Source: Geosiphon pyriformis uo1 (taxonomy: Eukaryota > Fungi > Glomeromycota). Taken from it: 64,000 nt of DNA. The notes under the pieces were generated by a model, which saw only the letters and a list, made by a program, of their open reading frames with translations, did not search any database and was not told where the DNA came from. Made by a program: the position numbers and the translations under genes. The stretch lies in NCBI GenBank assembly GCA_016748015.1, contig JAAOMT010000664.1, positions 194,715-258,714 of the forward strand, in the 5' to 3' direction. Positions 1 to 12,757 of the stretch are shown here, piece by piece; within the stretch, counting starts at the first letter, position 1, and every line of letters starts with the position of its first letter.

Positions 1-217
1 ATTCCTCAGTACCAAAAAACACACCTTTTTCTTTGATTGGGGTCAGTTTAGTTTCTGTAATGATCACAAAATCAAACTGTTCTTCCTTAATCCACTGTAG
101 TACCTCTTCAGCTTTGCCAGGATTGTTAAGTCGTCTAACATTGATAGTCCCTATTTTCCAAGTATTATTATTGGCAATGTTCTGTTCTAATTTGAAGTTG
201 GATGTACTATACATCAT
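1..217 (-). CDS. LINE ORF2 N-terminus (APE endonuclease), partial at window edge
   Basis: Manual translation from ATG at 217: MMYSTSNFKLEQNIANNNTWKIGTINVRRLNNPGKAEEVLQWIKEEQFDFVIITETKL, i.e. APE motifs T-x-N-V-R and D-x4-T-E-T-K. It overlaps the ORF1 stop at 207-209. Confidence 0.85.
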   Translation of the reverse strand, partial: MMYSTSNFKLEQNIANNNTWKIGTINVRRLNNPGKAEEVLQWIKEEQFDFVIITETKLTPIKEKGVFFGTEE

Positions 218-2194
218 CTGTCTCCATAGATTTAGATTCTCCAGCCATAGCACCATTCCAGTTACCCTGTTTCTCCACCTGTTTCAGCAGTATCATAATA
301 GGTTCCAGGGTCTTTTTGATTTCATTGATTTCTTTCTCTGGATTGTATGCCTCTTTCTTCTCCTCTGAGTTATGTCTGGGGGACATATCCTGTTTTGCTT
401 CTTTATTACTCCCTTCTTTCTTTTCCTCTGTTATGTGACTTGGTGAATTAATTACCACTTTGTCTCCCTTTTTCTTTTCTACTGTTACCCCAAGTTTGGA
501 AGCCACAGCATTCAGCAGTTTAGCCATCTCATCCACCTGCTGTCTCAGTTCATCAATTTCGGACTTCCATGGCTGTTTTGCTCCTTTTTTTTGTTGCCCC
601 TCTTTGTTGTTTGTTTGTAAGCCTGCTTTTTGGAACCCACTTGGGTTTGCATTGTTCCTATTATTAGATGGGTTTAGTGCCACCATTTCAGCATATGATC
701 TTCCCCCAAATGCCTTGATGGGTTCTTCCAGTATGTTCTTTCTGACATACAATTTGGCCAATCATATGTTATTGGTAACTTTCTTAGTATTCCTCTCCTT
801 TTTCTTAAGTAAAGTAGGGCATTTTGAAACCAAGTGTTCTATCTGATAACAAAAATGGCATTCTTTAGCATCAGTGGGTACCCAGTGAATCAGAGCATCC
901 CCAATTACCAAGGGCTTACTGGTAGCATTGTAGCAACTGGCTTCACTATCAAACCCTATGTAAACACAGCCCATTCTGGTGTAGTTTCTGCTAGTCCTTA
1001 GAATAAAGCAAGATCGGGCTTTGATTTGGTCCAAAGTGGTGCTCAGATAGTAAGCAGTACAGTTTTGTGGTAGACCAACTAGCTTAGCTTCCCAGGTTTT
1101 CCTCTGCTCAATGATCTTTTGGGTGCCTATCATTGGGTATATTCTAACTGCATCTTTTCTGATCAGGGTTAACCATTGGTCCACTGCTCTAGTTGCCTCT
1201 TCTTGGTTGTTGAATTCCACCACTGCCAACTGCTATTTTCCAGCCACTTTGATTTGGACTTTTTTCATCTCCCTGAATTCTCTCATGGCAGCTCCAACTT
1301 CTCTGTCAGAAATACCCAAGGGAATATCCCTAACTAGAACTTTCTTTTGACCAGCCATTTGATTGGCAATGCCATCAGTTGCCATTAAAAATGACTCAAT
1401 ATCTGCTTCTGCCAAGATCTTCTTAGCTTGATCTCTTTCAGCGATTTGGGAGAAATTTATCCTGATTTCTTGGTTTCTTACCAACACAGCCCCCAAAAGG
1501 TAACTGACATTCCCCAACAGGTTGTAAATCCACCCCACCTTCTTTCCCATGTTCTTCTCTGGTATGTCCACTATCTGCACAAATAGAACATGTCTTTTGG
1601 TGTCATAAACAACAGTCCTCCACCCTTCTTCTAGATTTGCTTTTGTAGACATGGCATTTTTCTCAGACAATCTGTTACTCTTTTGGCCCAGGCTTGGGCT
1701 TGGCATTCTGCTTGATAGACCCAATTCAGAGTCTTCCATATTTTCTGCAGTCTCTTCCATATCAGCACTATCTTTGTTTGTTTCAAATGGATTGTCCATT
1801 TGTTCATCAAATTTCTCTGCAGATTTTCCTTTGTTAATCTTATCTAAAATCTCAGGATTGCATTTCCTTAGAGCTGCTTCAATCTGCACTGCTCTTTCAA
1901 TCTCTTTACTAGGCAGTTTGGATGGTCTATCCAAATTTTTCAGGAACCTTGATGCCCCCTTTTCACCAATCCAAGCTTTCATTTGAAACTTATCACTGTT
2001 TCCTCCTTTGCTGAACATTGGTTACAAGACAAAATTGTTGGTCTGGTCTGTTGTCTTATCAGTAAGCTCCTCTTCAATGACTTGGTTAAATCTTTCTGTC
2101 AGGCCTTTTACACTTATTTTCCCCAAGTGTCTGTATTTTTTATTAGACTTTTCTTCCAGTCTGCCATCTGTTAGTGGGAAGAAGTCAGCTGCTC
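207..2194 (-). pseudogene. LINE ORF1 (RRMs + CCHC knuckle + coiled coil), in-frame stops
   Basis: Single reading frame with premature TAA/TAG/TGA at ~2024, 1232 and 764; the frame continues upstream of 2018 to the poly-T junction. Confidence 0.8.
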
Positions 2195-4594
2195 TTTTTT
2201 TTTTTTTTTGTTAATGTGTAGCCACACCGGTCATTTATTAGTTAGTCCACAGTAATGTGGTGGTTTCATAAAGCCAGCTCACCCAATAATACATATTACA
2301 AGATGCGGCTAACCACAAGCGGAAAGCCCTAACTACACACTAGTACTACCTTTGCTACCTAATGTATTAAATATATCTAATTCATACATCTTACCCACTT
2401 AGCCATCTGATCTGGATTGGACTTGATATTAGAGGATTGAACCTCCCATAACTCCATCATCGCATCAAATGTATCATTATAGACCGAAAAATCTTTAGCA
2501 TCACCATTATTATCATCATCATCATCATCCATGTCTTCATCATCAGATAAGTTATAGTGTACCTTCCCACTCCTCAACTTGAGGGCCCCCACTTTCTTTT
2601 GTAGCACAGAAGCCACAGCACGAACAGCCTTAATTTGGTTTCCCAATCCAATCACACTTTCCTTCATTGCCTCTGCTATAACTGGTGGAGTAGACAATAA
2701 TGTAGTAACCAATGCAACCAAAGAACCCACAGGCTCAACTATAGATTTGATCAACAAGGACAGTTCACTAAGTTGGGTTTCCAGAGAAGCCAATCTAGCA
2801 TTAACAGCAACATCTGAACCAAAGGAAGCAACCAGCAACAGCAGCACCACAACTTTGGGGGAGGTACTGAAAGCCATACCCATATCAGCAGCAGCAGCAA
2901 CAGGAGGAACCACAGAGGTGGCAGCTTTGGCATAGGATTTAGCTCCAACAAGAGATGACTTGAAAATGATGGGACCACCAGCAGAATTAGAAGAGAGTTT
3001 GGGAGGGAGAGGTGGCAACACCTTGCAGTCCACAGCCAAATGATCCAAACTTTGACATCTATAGCAGTGACAACATCCAGGAGTTTTCCACCAGATATGG
3101 CAGCCATGTAAGGTACTGGTTTTTGAAACAGCAGCATTTAAAGATTCTAAGGAATCAAAAGTCACCACAGCAAAGCATTGACATTGATAGGAATCAGGGG
3201 AGTGGGGAATGAAACACATATGGCCACCAACTTGGGAGACCAGATCACTTATCTCAAATGCAGTGCAGCCAAATGGAAAATTAACCAGCTTAGCTTTGAA
3301 AGCATCTCTTGAGGAGATAACCTCCTTTTGGTTGGCAATGGAAAGAATCCTAACACTATCTTTTCTGACCAACACAAACCAGTTAGAGAGAGCAGCAGCA
3401 GCAGAAGAAATGTCCTTAAAGTCAAGCACAGCATATTGCCATAAGCCAGTAGGCTTCAACTTAACAGAAGTAACAACACCAAAAATGCCAAGAGCAGATT
3501 TGATGTCATCAGAAGAGACACCCAAGGGTACATTGTGCAGTGCAACCAACAAAGAAGGGGAAGAAACAGAGGCCACTCCCAAAGACCTTGCAATCTTAAG
3601 AGTGGTCAAAAAAACTTCATCACCAATGGCCACTTTGGTAGCACCATTTAAACACTCCTGAGATGCAAATTCCACACAGAACAACTTGACAGCATCTCAT
3701 AAAACAGATTTAAGCCCAATACAACCAGGCATTAACTGAAACAAAAAACTGAGCAAAGCCATCTTAATCTTAAATGTAGTACCAGGTACAAGATTGGAGG
3801 CCACCCAACCAGAAAACCTTTGATGTCCATTCACATTTTCCCAGGCACCAGCATCAGATGCACCAGAAACTGGGAGGGGCACAGATGATTCCATTTCCAT
3901 CTGATCAGCCCAATCTTTGAGATCATCTAGATTGATAGACTGTTTTGCTACTGGGATTGGTGATGATCTGCTGGAGAGTACCACATCAGGCAACACAGCC
4001 AGTGGTTGATCTTGGCCCAACTTGGGAGATGTGCCGCTGCTGTTGCCATCCATATCAGGAATAGGGCTGGCTGCTGCTGTGGAGATCTTACTGAAGATCT
4101 CATCTGAAACCACAAAGGGGTTCAGTGTGACCATAGCAGTTGCAACTGTCTGCTGCTGTTTTTTGGAATTTTTGGCTTTCATGGCCATTTGTGAAGCAGT
4201 AGTAGTAGAAGTAATAGTGGGAGTGGTGAGAGCAGGAAAGACCAACTTGTTGACTGGCCTGTTATTAAAAATCTTTGGGCTTTTTGAAGTAGTGGAGACA
4301 ACACTAGGACTAACCCGAGTGTGTCTTTTTGAAGGAACTTTGACTGGGAAAGAACTACCAGCCAAAGGTGAAGAAAATGAACCAGAAGCTGCTAAAGACA
4401 GCTTATTACTATTATTTTTTAAAGGAAATGTTGCCAGAATGTTTTGTTTAGCTGCTTCAATAACAGAGAGACCCTCTTGTGTTGAAACTTTATTAGTTAC
4501 TATAGGAAAAGTAATGTTTACAACTTTTTTACTCTTAGCTCTATTCGTGGTCATGAAATTTAGGAGAGAAAGAGTTTTAATATCTTATCCCACT
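2195..4594 (-). mobile_element. ORF1-only poly(A) retroposon, copy 1 (near full length)
   Basis: Poly(A) appears as T15 at 2195-2209. The ~125-nt 3' UTR with AATAAA matches copies 2, 4 and 5. ORF runs from ATG 4554 (MTTNRAKSKK) to the family stop at 2333, with one premature stop and a small deletion. No ORF2. Confidence 0.85.
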
Positions 4595-5735
4595 AACCCT
4601 CATCTTAATATCCAAATGGCATATGGAATTAGAAAGAAGAATCCAAGGTCCTGGTAAAGTTGTGACCAAATATGCCAAAGCAATCAGAAAACTCATCAAG
4701 TGTGTAGACTCTGGTAGAAACTGGACTGAAGAGCAAAAGATCCACTCCTTCACAAAAGGATTAAGAACTGATTTATTGTATGCTCTTTGGCCTCTCTTGG
4801 CTTTAAAAGATAATTTCACCATGAATATGGCCATTGGACTCGCCCAAAGAATTGAAAACAATCAAAGAATGCATTTGGGATCCACACTTCCAGTTTTTGC
4901 TCCTGCTCCTGTTATGGCTCCTACTCCTCAAATGGCTGCTACTTCTTTTGCTGCCCAAACACAAGATCCAAATGAACAATTAATAAATAGACTTACAGCA
5001 AATCTTGCTTGGCTATTAGAACCATTAGCCCAAGCAGTCAGAGATAACCAACAACCCCAAAGATCTAGATTTGAAAACTGTTTTAATCAGCCCCAGCAAC
5101 CTCCTTACCAAAGACAGCAAAATCGTGGCCCTCTTGTGTGTTATAAATGTGGATTAACTGGACATTTCTCCAAAGATTGCAACAATCTTCCTTTGCCTCC
5201 TTCAGTTCCTAGAAACAATGACAACCAGAACAACAGAATCAATAACAACAATGCCCCCAATCAAAGACCCAATCATGCCAATATCAATTTCTTTGGAGAG
5301 GATCCCCTAGTTGAAGCAAAGAAGACTTGGTACCATTCTTGACTCACTTGTAGAAGCATGAATAATTGCCTTTAAAAAGATAAAACAGTTTCAAGAAAAG
5401 CTTAAAAAGAAGAAAACTTATAAAACACTTTCTTTAAGTGTTGGTAACTTAGTTTTGGAATACCACTCAGACAGAGACAATGTCTATGGTGATAAATTCT
5501 CTAGCTGGTGGAAAGATCCCTTTATAGTCAACAAAGTTTTGAACAATGGTTCTTATATTCTTCAAGATCAATTCGGAACAATCTTTAATGATTATCCTGT
5601 TCATGGCATGCAATTCAAGAAATATCACAAACAACCTGATTGGTTATCAGTTGTGGTAATACTGACCCAAATGATCAGCAAAAACCAAGTATAAATAAAT
5701 GCACCATTCCCAAAACAGAGGTATCTTCAATTGAC

Positions 5736-6392
5736 ATGAACAATTATTTTCTGAATCAAAACATTCAAAACGCTTTCTATACTCTTCATGAGTATTGGAT
5801 TAAAAACTATCCAAATGCTACTCTGACCATTGGAAAACAAACTACAATAACAGACAACAGTAGAACACATACTGTTATCAGACCAAAGAAAACAACTACC
5901 AGAAAAGAAAGAATTGGTAACAAAATGGATAAGTATCTGTTGGAAAGCATAACAGCAGCAATACTTGTACCTTCCACCACAATTGGAAAAACAATTAAAG
6001 AAATCTTGTCCATAGACAAAAACTTGTCATATGAAAGACAACTAGAGCTCTATGGTCACCTTGGTGAAATCATAGAAGACATGAAGCTCATGAAGAAAAC
6101 AACTTCTGAGATACAAGTGGAAATTTTGGGCATTATACAGTTGGATGTCCCAAGAGTTTTGACCATTGCCAGAAAAGCCAAAACTCTTATACAAAGGTTT
6201 GGTCTCTTGGATACAAAGCTCATTTCGCCTCAAGTACTATACACTTTATTCACAAAAGACTTTAACAAACTAGTTAGTTTTGAGTTAGATAAAATTCTTC
6301 AATTAGAATATCTCATAAATAGTTTGATTTTGCTGGAGCTCAATCTCTTTGGAGAGGATGATGTTATGGTTGAAACTCATAGTTTTTATTAA
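5736..6392 (+). CDS. Family A accessory ORF3 (218 aa, unknown function), overlaps PPT and start of 3' LTR
   Basis: ATG 5736 (MNNYFLNQ) to stop 6392 is uninterrupted; highly similar to 49292-49948 and to the decayed 34521-35176. Confidence 0.75.
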   Translation: MNNYFLNQNIQNAFYTLHEYWIKNYPNATLTIGKQTTITDNSRTHTVIRPKKTTTRKERIGNKMDKYLLESITAAILVPSTTIGKTIKEILSIDKNLSYERQLELYGHLGEIIEDMKLMKKTTSEIQVEILGIIQLDVPRVLTIARKAKTLIQRFGLLDTKLISPQVLYTLFTKDFNKLVSFELDKILQLEYLINSLILLELNLFGEDDVMVETHSFY

Positions 6393-6897
6393 TTATCACA
6401 TGTATTAGCCACTGATGTCATATAATTAGCCAACCTATTTTTAGATAGTAATCATTGATCTGATCAATGACCTGACTGTTGACCTGATCATTGACCTGGT
6501 TATTGACCACTTTTCATAACTATATAAGCAATGAGTCTCTTAGCTGTAGAAAAGTAGGTTCCCAACAATCAAAGAAATATAATAAAACAACTTTCATCTC
6601 AAACATTCTCTTATCACTAATTTCTGAACATCTTTTGGATAAAAAATCTCTTGTTGGTGTTTATCTGCCTTTTCCTAAAACGATTAAATGAAGTATTTGA
6701 AGATTATTTGAATAAATGTGACTGAAAAACACAAGTTGATACCTGATATTGAATTCTAAGAGTGCTGATGTGAGGCATAGAATTATACCAGTGGTAATCA
6801 ATTGTTGACAGTACAGACTATCCCTCTATCTTCAGATTCCCCAGTTATCTTTAAAAAGAATAGTGACTGAGATATTTTATGAGATTAATCTCGCACA
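6362..6897 (+). repeat. Family A 3' LTR (truncated)
   Basis: TGTTA start after the purine tract GGAGAGGATGA, TGACC 12-mer array, TATATAA; matches LTRs at 35146, 36064 and 49918. Confidence 0.88.
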
Positions 6898-9258
6898 AAT
6901 AGAGCTAAGAGTAAAAAAGTTGTAAACAGTACTTTTCCTATAGTAACCAATAAAGTTTTAACACGAGAGGGTCTCTCTGTTATTGAAGCAGCTAGACAAA
7001 ACATTCTGGCAATATTTTTTTTAAAAAATAGTAGTAAAAAGCTGCCTTTAGTGGCTTCTGGTTCATTTTCTTTACCTTCCAAAAGACACACTCGGGTTAG
7101 TCTTAGTGTTGTCTCTACTACTTCTAAAAGCCCAATAATTTTTAATAACAAACCAGTCAACAAGTTGGTTTTTTCTGCTCTCACCACTTTCACTACTACT
7201 TCTACTACTACTGCTTCACAAATGGCCACAAAAGCAAAAAATTCCAAAAAACAGCAGCAGGCAGTTGCAACTGCTATGGTCACACTGAACCCTTTTGTGG
7301 TTCTAAATAAGATCTTGGGTAAAATCTCCACAGCAGCAGCCAGCTCTCTTCCTAATATGGATGGCAATAGCAACAGCTTATCTCCTAATATGAAACAAAA
7401 TCAACCACTGGCTGTGTTGTCTGATGTGGTAATCTCTGGCAGATCTTCTCCTGTCATGAAAGCAAAACAGCCCATTAATCCAGATGATCTCAAAGATTGG
7501 GCTAATCAGATAGAATTGGAATTATCTACTCCTCCCCCAGTTTCTGGTGTTGCTGATGGTAATGCTTGGATGAATGTGAATGGTTGACAAAAGTTCTTTG
7601 GATGGGTGGCCTTCACTCTTGTGCCTGGTGCCACATTCAAGATCAAAATGGCCCTTCTTAGTTCCTTGTTTCAGCTGCTACCTGGTTGTATTGGGCTTAA
7701 GTCAATCTCATGAAATGCTGTTAAGTTGTTTTGTGTGGAATTTGCATCTTAAGAAAGTCTAGCTGGTGCCACCAAAGTGGTCATTGGTGATGGGATTTTT
7801 TTGACCATTCTTAAGATTGCATGATCTTCTGATGTGGTCTCTGTTTCTTCTCCTTCTCTGTTAGTTGCACTGCATGATGTACCTTTGGGTACCTTTTCTG
7901 ATAACATCAAAACTGCTCTTGGCATTTTTGGTGTTGTCACATCTGTTAAGTTAAAGCCTGCTGGCTTATGGCAATATGCTGTGGTTAACTTTAAGGACAC
8001 TTCTTCTGCTGCTACTGCTCTCTCTCACTGGTCTGTTTTGGTCAGAAAAGACAGTGTTAGGATTTTTCCCATTGCCAACCAAAAGGAGGTTATCTCCTCA
8101 AGAGATGCTTTTAAAGCTAAGCTGGTCAATTTTCCATTTTGCTGTACTGCATTTGAAATAAGTGATCTGGTCTTCCAAGTTGGTGGCTGTACATGTTTTA
8201 TTTCTCATTCTCCTAATTTCTATCAACATCAATGCTTTGCTGTGGTGACTTTTGATTCCTTGAAATCTTTAAATGCTGCTGTTTCAAAAACTGGTATCTT
8301 ACATGGCTGCCGTATCTGGTGGAAAACTCTTGAATGTTGTTGCTGCTACAGATGTCAAAGTTTGGAGCATTTGGCTGTGGACTGCAAGGTATTGCCATCT
8401 CTCTTTTCCAAACTCTCTTCTAATTCTGCTGATGGTTCCAATATCTTCAAGTTATTCTTTGTTGGAGCTAAATCCTATGCCAAAGCTGCCACCTCTGTGT
8501 TTCTTCCTGTTGTTGCTGCTGCTGATATGAATCTGGCTTTCAGTGCCCCCTCAAAGATGCTGTGCCTCTGGTGCCTGTTGCCTCCTCTGGTTCAGATGTT
8601 GCTGTTAATACTAGGTTGGCTTCTCTGAAAACCCAACTTAGTGAACTGTCTTTGTTGATTAAATCTATAGTTGAGCCTGTGGGTTTTTTGGTTGCATTGG
8701 TTACTAAATTATTATTGACTTCACCTGTTATGGCAGAGACAATAAAAGAAAGTGTGATTGGATTGGGAAACCAAATTAATGCTGTTTGTGCTGTGGCTTC
8801 TGTGCTGCAAAAGGAAGTGGGGGCCATTAAGTTGAAGAGTGGGAAGGTCTACTTTGACATTTCTGATGATGAAGACATGGATGATGATGATGATGATAAT
8901 GATGATAATAATGTTAAAGATTTTTCAGTTGACACATTTAATGCGATGATGGAATTATGGGAGGTTCAATCCTCTAATATCAAATCTGATCCAGATCAGA
9001 CTGCCAAATGGATGAGTGGTCTTGTTAAGAGTAGTCATGAGCTTGTATGCATTATGGGTAAGATGTATGAATTAGATATGTTTAATACATTAGGTAGCAA
9101 AGGTAGTACTAATGTGTAGTTAGGGCTTTCTGCTTGTGGTTAGCTGCATCTTGTGATTTTTGTATTATTGGGTGAGCTGGCTTTATAAAACTGACCACAT
9201 TACTGTGGGCTTAACTAATAAACAACCAGCATGGCTACACATTAACAAAAAAAAAAAA
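6894..9258 (+). mobile_element. ORF1-only poly(A) retroposon, copy 2
   Basis: Starts just after the family ATG (NRAKSKK), carries a decayed ORF to the stop at 9119, then the 3' UTR and A12 at 9247-9258. Confidence 0.85.
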
Positions 9259-10687
9259 CAAATAGAAATGGAATCAACTGCTTCTTCCCCAGTTTCTGGC
9301 ACTACTGATGGTGGTGCTTAGAAGAATGTGAATGGTTGTTAAAGGTTCTCTAATTGGGTGGCCTCCAATTTTGTGCCTGGTAGTACATTTAAGATCAAAA
9401 TAGCCCTACTTAGTTCTTTGTTTCAGCTGCTGCCTGGTTGTATTGGGCTTAAGTCAGTTTCACGAGATGCTGTCAAGTTGTTCTCTGTGGAATTTGTATC
9501 TCAGGAAAGTCTAAATGGTGCCATCAAAGTGGTCATTGGTAAAGAAGTTTTTTTAACCACTCTTAAGATTGCATGGTCTTCTGGTGTGGCCTCTGTATCT
9601 TCTTCTTCTCTGTCTGTTGCATTTCACAATGTTCCCTTGGATACCTCTCCTGATAACATCAAAGCTGCTCTTGGCATTTTTGGTGTTGTCACTTCTGTTA
9701 AGTTGAAGCCAGCTGGCTTGTGGCAATATGCTGTGGTTCACTTCAAAGACATTTCTTCTGCTGCTGAGGCTCTCAAATACTGGTCTGTGCTGGTCAAAAA
9801 AGATAGTGTCAGAATTCTTTTTGTAGTTAACCAAAGAGAGATTATTGCTTCAAGAGATGCATTTAAAGCTAAGTTGGTTAATCTTCTCTTTGGCTGTACT
9901 GCCTTTGAGATTAGTGATTTGGTTTTCCAGTTTGGTGGCCATACCTGTTTCATTTCCCAATCCCCTGATTCATACTAACGTCAATGTTTTGCTGTGGTTA
10001 CCTTCAATTCTCTGGAATTCTTGGACAATGCTGTGTTAAAAACTGGTACCTTGTGTGGTTGTTGTATCTGGTAGGAAACTCCTGGATGTTACCACTGCTA
10101 TAGATGTCAAGATCTGGACTATTTGGCTTTAGAGTGCAAAGTGTTATCACTTCTCCCTCCCAAAGTCTCTTCCAACTTCTTTAGTGGCCCCAAAGTTTTT
10201 AAATCCTCATTTGCTGGATCTAAATCTTATGCCAAAGCTGCTGCCATTGTGGTTCCTTCTGTTGCTGCTGCTGCTAATATAAACTTGAATCTTGGTAGTC
10301 CCCTCCCAACTACTACACTTATGTTGCCTGTTGCACATTCTGTTGTTGATAATGCTGTTAATGCTAGGTTGGCTTCTTTGGAATCCCATCTTGGTAAAAT
10401 GTTTTTGCTGATAAAGTCCTTGGTTGAGCCTGTTGGTGCTCTGGTTGTTTTAGTTACCAAATTGTTGTTTACTTCATCTGTTGTGGATGTGTCAGTTAAG
10501 AAAAGTGTGGCTGGATTGGCTAAGCAAAATAAAGGCTTGGCTGCTGTTGCCATTGTGATGCAGAAAAAAATGACATGCCTTGAGAAAAAGTGTGAATGGA
10601 CCTGCTTAGAAAATGTGTTAGATAATGATAACATGGATAATGATAATGATGATAATATCAAAGATAAAGATTTTTTTGTCTATGATA
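9259..10687 (+). mobile_element. ORF1-only retroposon, copy 3 (divergent subfamily, both ends truncated)
   Basis: ORF pieces 9358-9978 and 10123-10687 are homologous to the family (RRMs, knuckle, acidic C-terminus); no tail is retained. Confidence 0.75.
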
Positions 10688-12757
10688 GAAAATGTTTTGC
10701 TGTTGGATTTGAATGCATGTTGAATAATATTGTCTCTTTCTCTGGTTCTGTAATGACTCTTATTGGTTGATCTGGATTTCTTCTGTTTTTCCAGTAAAGT
10801 ATATTTTTATAATTGATAAAATGTTTTGAGTATTTATATAATGTTGTAGTTGTTGATATTTTTGTATGTTCATCTTTTGTTATATTTTTGTTGGGTTTGT
10901 TCTGGTTTTGCTATATTTTTGGGTTGAGATGTTTTTAGATTTGTTTTATTCACAACAAACTATCAGCATTTTCATTGTCTTTTCTCTTTTTATAATGTAT
11001 AGTGTAAGTATATGGTAATAGTGCTATTTTCTATCTTGATTGTCTTCCATTTCTAAATTCCTGTTTATGAAGTGCTGTTAATCCCTTGTGGTCCATGTAG
11101 ACATCAAACTTCTGGCTCAAGTATTCATTCCATTTCATGACTGCCCAATAAATTGCTAAATGTTCTAATTCTGGTGTTCCATAATTTCTTTCAGCTGGAG
11201 TTAAACCTCAGCTGGCATATGTGACTAGATGTTCTCTTCCATCTAGTTCTCTCTATGATAGTACTGCTCCCAATGCTTGGCCTGCATTGGTGGTAATGAT
11301 GAATAGTTTGTTGTGATCTGGATAGATCAGTACTAGAGCTTGTATAAGCTTTTTTCTTAGAATATTAAAAGCTTCTTGTTGTGTTTTTGTCCATTCATAT
11401 TTCACATTCTTGATTTGGAGATGATTGAGTGGTTGGGCTATCTTGAAAAAGTTTTTGATAAAGCATCAATAATAGTCTGCAAATCCCAAAAATGACTTTA
11501 ACTCTGTTATATTGGTTGGTATTAGAAAGTTCTTGACTATCTCTATCTTTTCTGGATCTGTTTTGATGCTGTTTTTGCTTACTATGTGTCTTAAAAAGTT
11601 TAATTCTGTCTTGTCAAAGAAGTACTTATTGGTGTTTAACTTTAGCCCTACTCGTTGTAGCCTTTCAAACACTTGTTGTAAATGATGCAAATGATTATTG
11701 AATGTTTTGGAGAACACATTGGTATTATCTAAATAAACGACTACTGATTTCCACAATAAGCCAGTATATATTATTTCCATTAGCTGCTGGAATGTGGCTG
11801 GAGCATTTGTTAAGCCGAATGGCATTACTTCAAATTCAAAATTTCCCTCTCGTGTTATGAATGTAGTTTTTTCTTTGTCCATTGAATCTATGGCTACTTG
11901 TCAGTAACTACTATCTAAATCCAATGTTGAGAATCATTTGTTTCCTCCAAAAGCATCAAATAATTCCTGAATCCATGGAATTGGATAGCTGTCTCTATGC
12001 ATGACTCCATTAAGCTTTCTGTAATCCATGCAAAAGCAGATTTTCCCATTCTTTTTCTGGACAAGTACTATTGATAATGACCATGGGCTTATTGATGGCT
12101 GAATTAACCCATTGTCAAGCATCCAGTTGATTTTTTGACAAATAATTTCATGGCTGACAGGTGATACTCTGTATGCTCATTGTTTTATTGGCATAGCATT
12201 TCCAGTTTTGATCTGGTGCTGGATGATATCAGTTCTGCTGAATTCATTCTTGCTGGTGAAGATGTCTTTGAACTTGTTGAGCAACATCTTCAGTTGCATG
12301 CATTGGAGTGGGTCTAGATTTCCCATGTTCATTTGTTCCAATTGTTCTGGTTGGAACAAATAACATTCATTTCGTCCATATATTGTTTGTGATGTAATGT
12401 CAACATATCCACAAAGCTGTGGAAAGTCTGAAATGGGGTTTGGTGGTTGGTTTTCTATTTCAGTAGTTAAATGTTCTATGATGGTTCCTTTTGGTATCTC
12501 TATAACTTTTCCAGTGTTATTGTAAATGAGAATTTTGATGCAGCTATAGTTCCTGGCTGGTATGTGAAGATTGATAAGTCCAATTTCTCCTGATTCACAA
12601 CATGCTGCTTCTGCCTCAAAAATCTGGTTCTGATTCTTCACTTTCCTTTTTATGACTACCATATACTGGTTATATGGTGGAATAGAAATTAGTTGACCAG
12701 TGGAGATAATTTCTCCCTTGTTAATAATCTCTTCTTCTACCATATTAACTGGTATAT

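Larger units (their letters stand above)
1..2194 (-). mobile_element. LINE (APE-type non-LTR retrotransposon), ORF1 and start of ORF2; runs off the window; 5' end cut by the adjacent poly(A) element
   Basis: ORF1 pieces 2018-1233, 1229-762 and 761-207 are in one frame separated by stops. They carry tandem RRM-like segments (VLVRDIPLG..AVVEF; EAKLVGLP..CFI..YIGF) and a CCHC knuckle (CHFCYQIEHLVSKC). ORF2 follows with APE motifs. Confidence 0.88.
4595..6897 (+). mobile_element. Gypsy family A copy 1, internally deleted (gag 3' half fused to integrase tail, ORF3, partial 3' LTR)
   Basis: Collinear with copy A3 at 44435-45160, then jumps to A3 ~48874 at 5316-5317 (about 3.7 kb of PR-RT-RH-IN missing). 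Gag knuckle CYKCGLTGHFSKDC. LTR starts TGTTA at 6362 and breaks at 6897. Confidence 0.88.

Noticed and set aside
2170-4597. 10-bp inverted match GTTAGTGGGA (2170-2179 / 4588-4597) suggesting TIRs around copy 1
   Set aside because: The left copy is inside LINE ORF1 coding sequence beyond the poly(A) and other copies lack it; probably chance.
2579-4657. Long plus-strand ORFs (2579, 3209, 4022) and equivalents at 6885, 12737, 13685
   Set aside because: Antisense shadows of the ORF1-like frame, with no independent motifs and inconsistent ends between copies.
5736-6392. ORF3 as an envelope gene
   Set aside because: Only ~218 aa, with no visible signal peptide, transmembrane anchor or fusion peptide.
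6896-9266. CAAATAGA at both ends of copy 2 as a TSD
   Set aside because: Each instance is explained by internal element coding sequence (TNR and QME codons), and the two flanks come from different elements.
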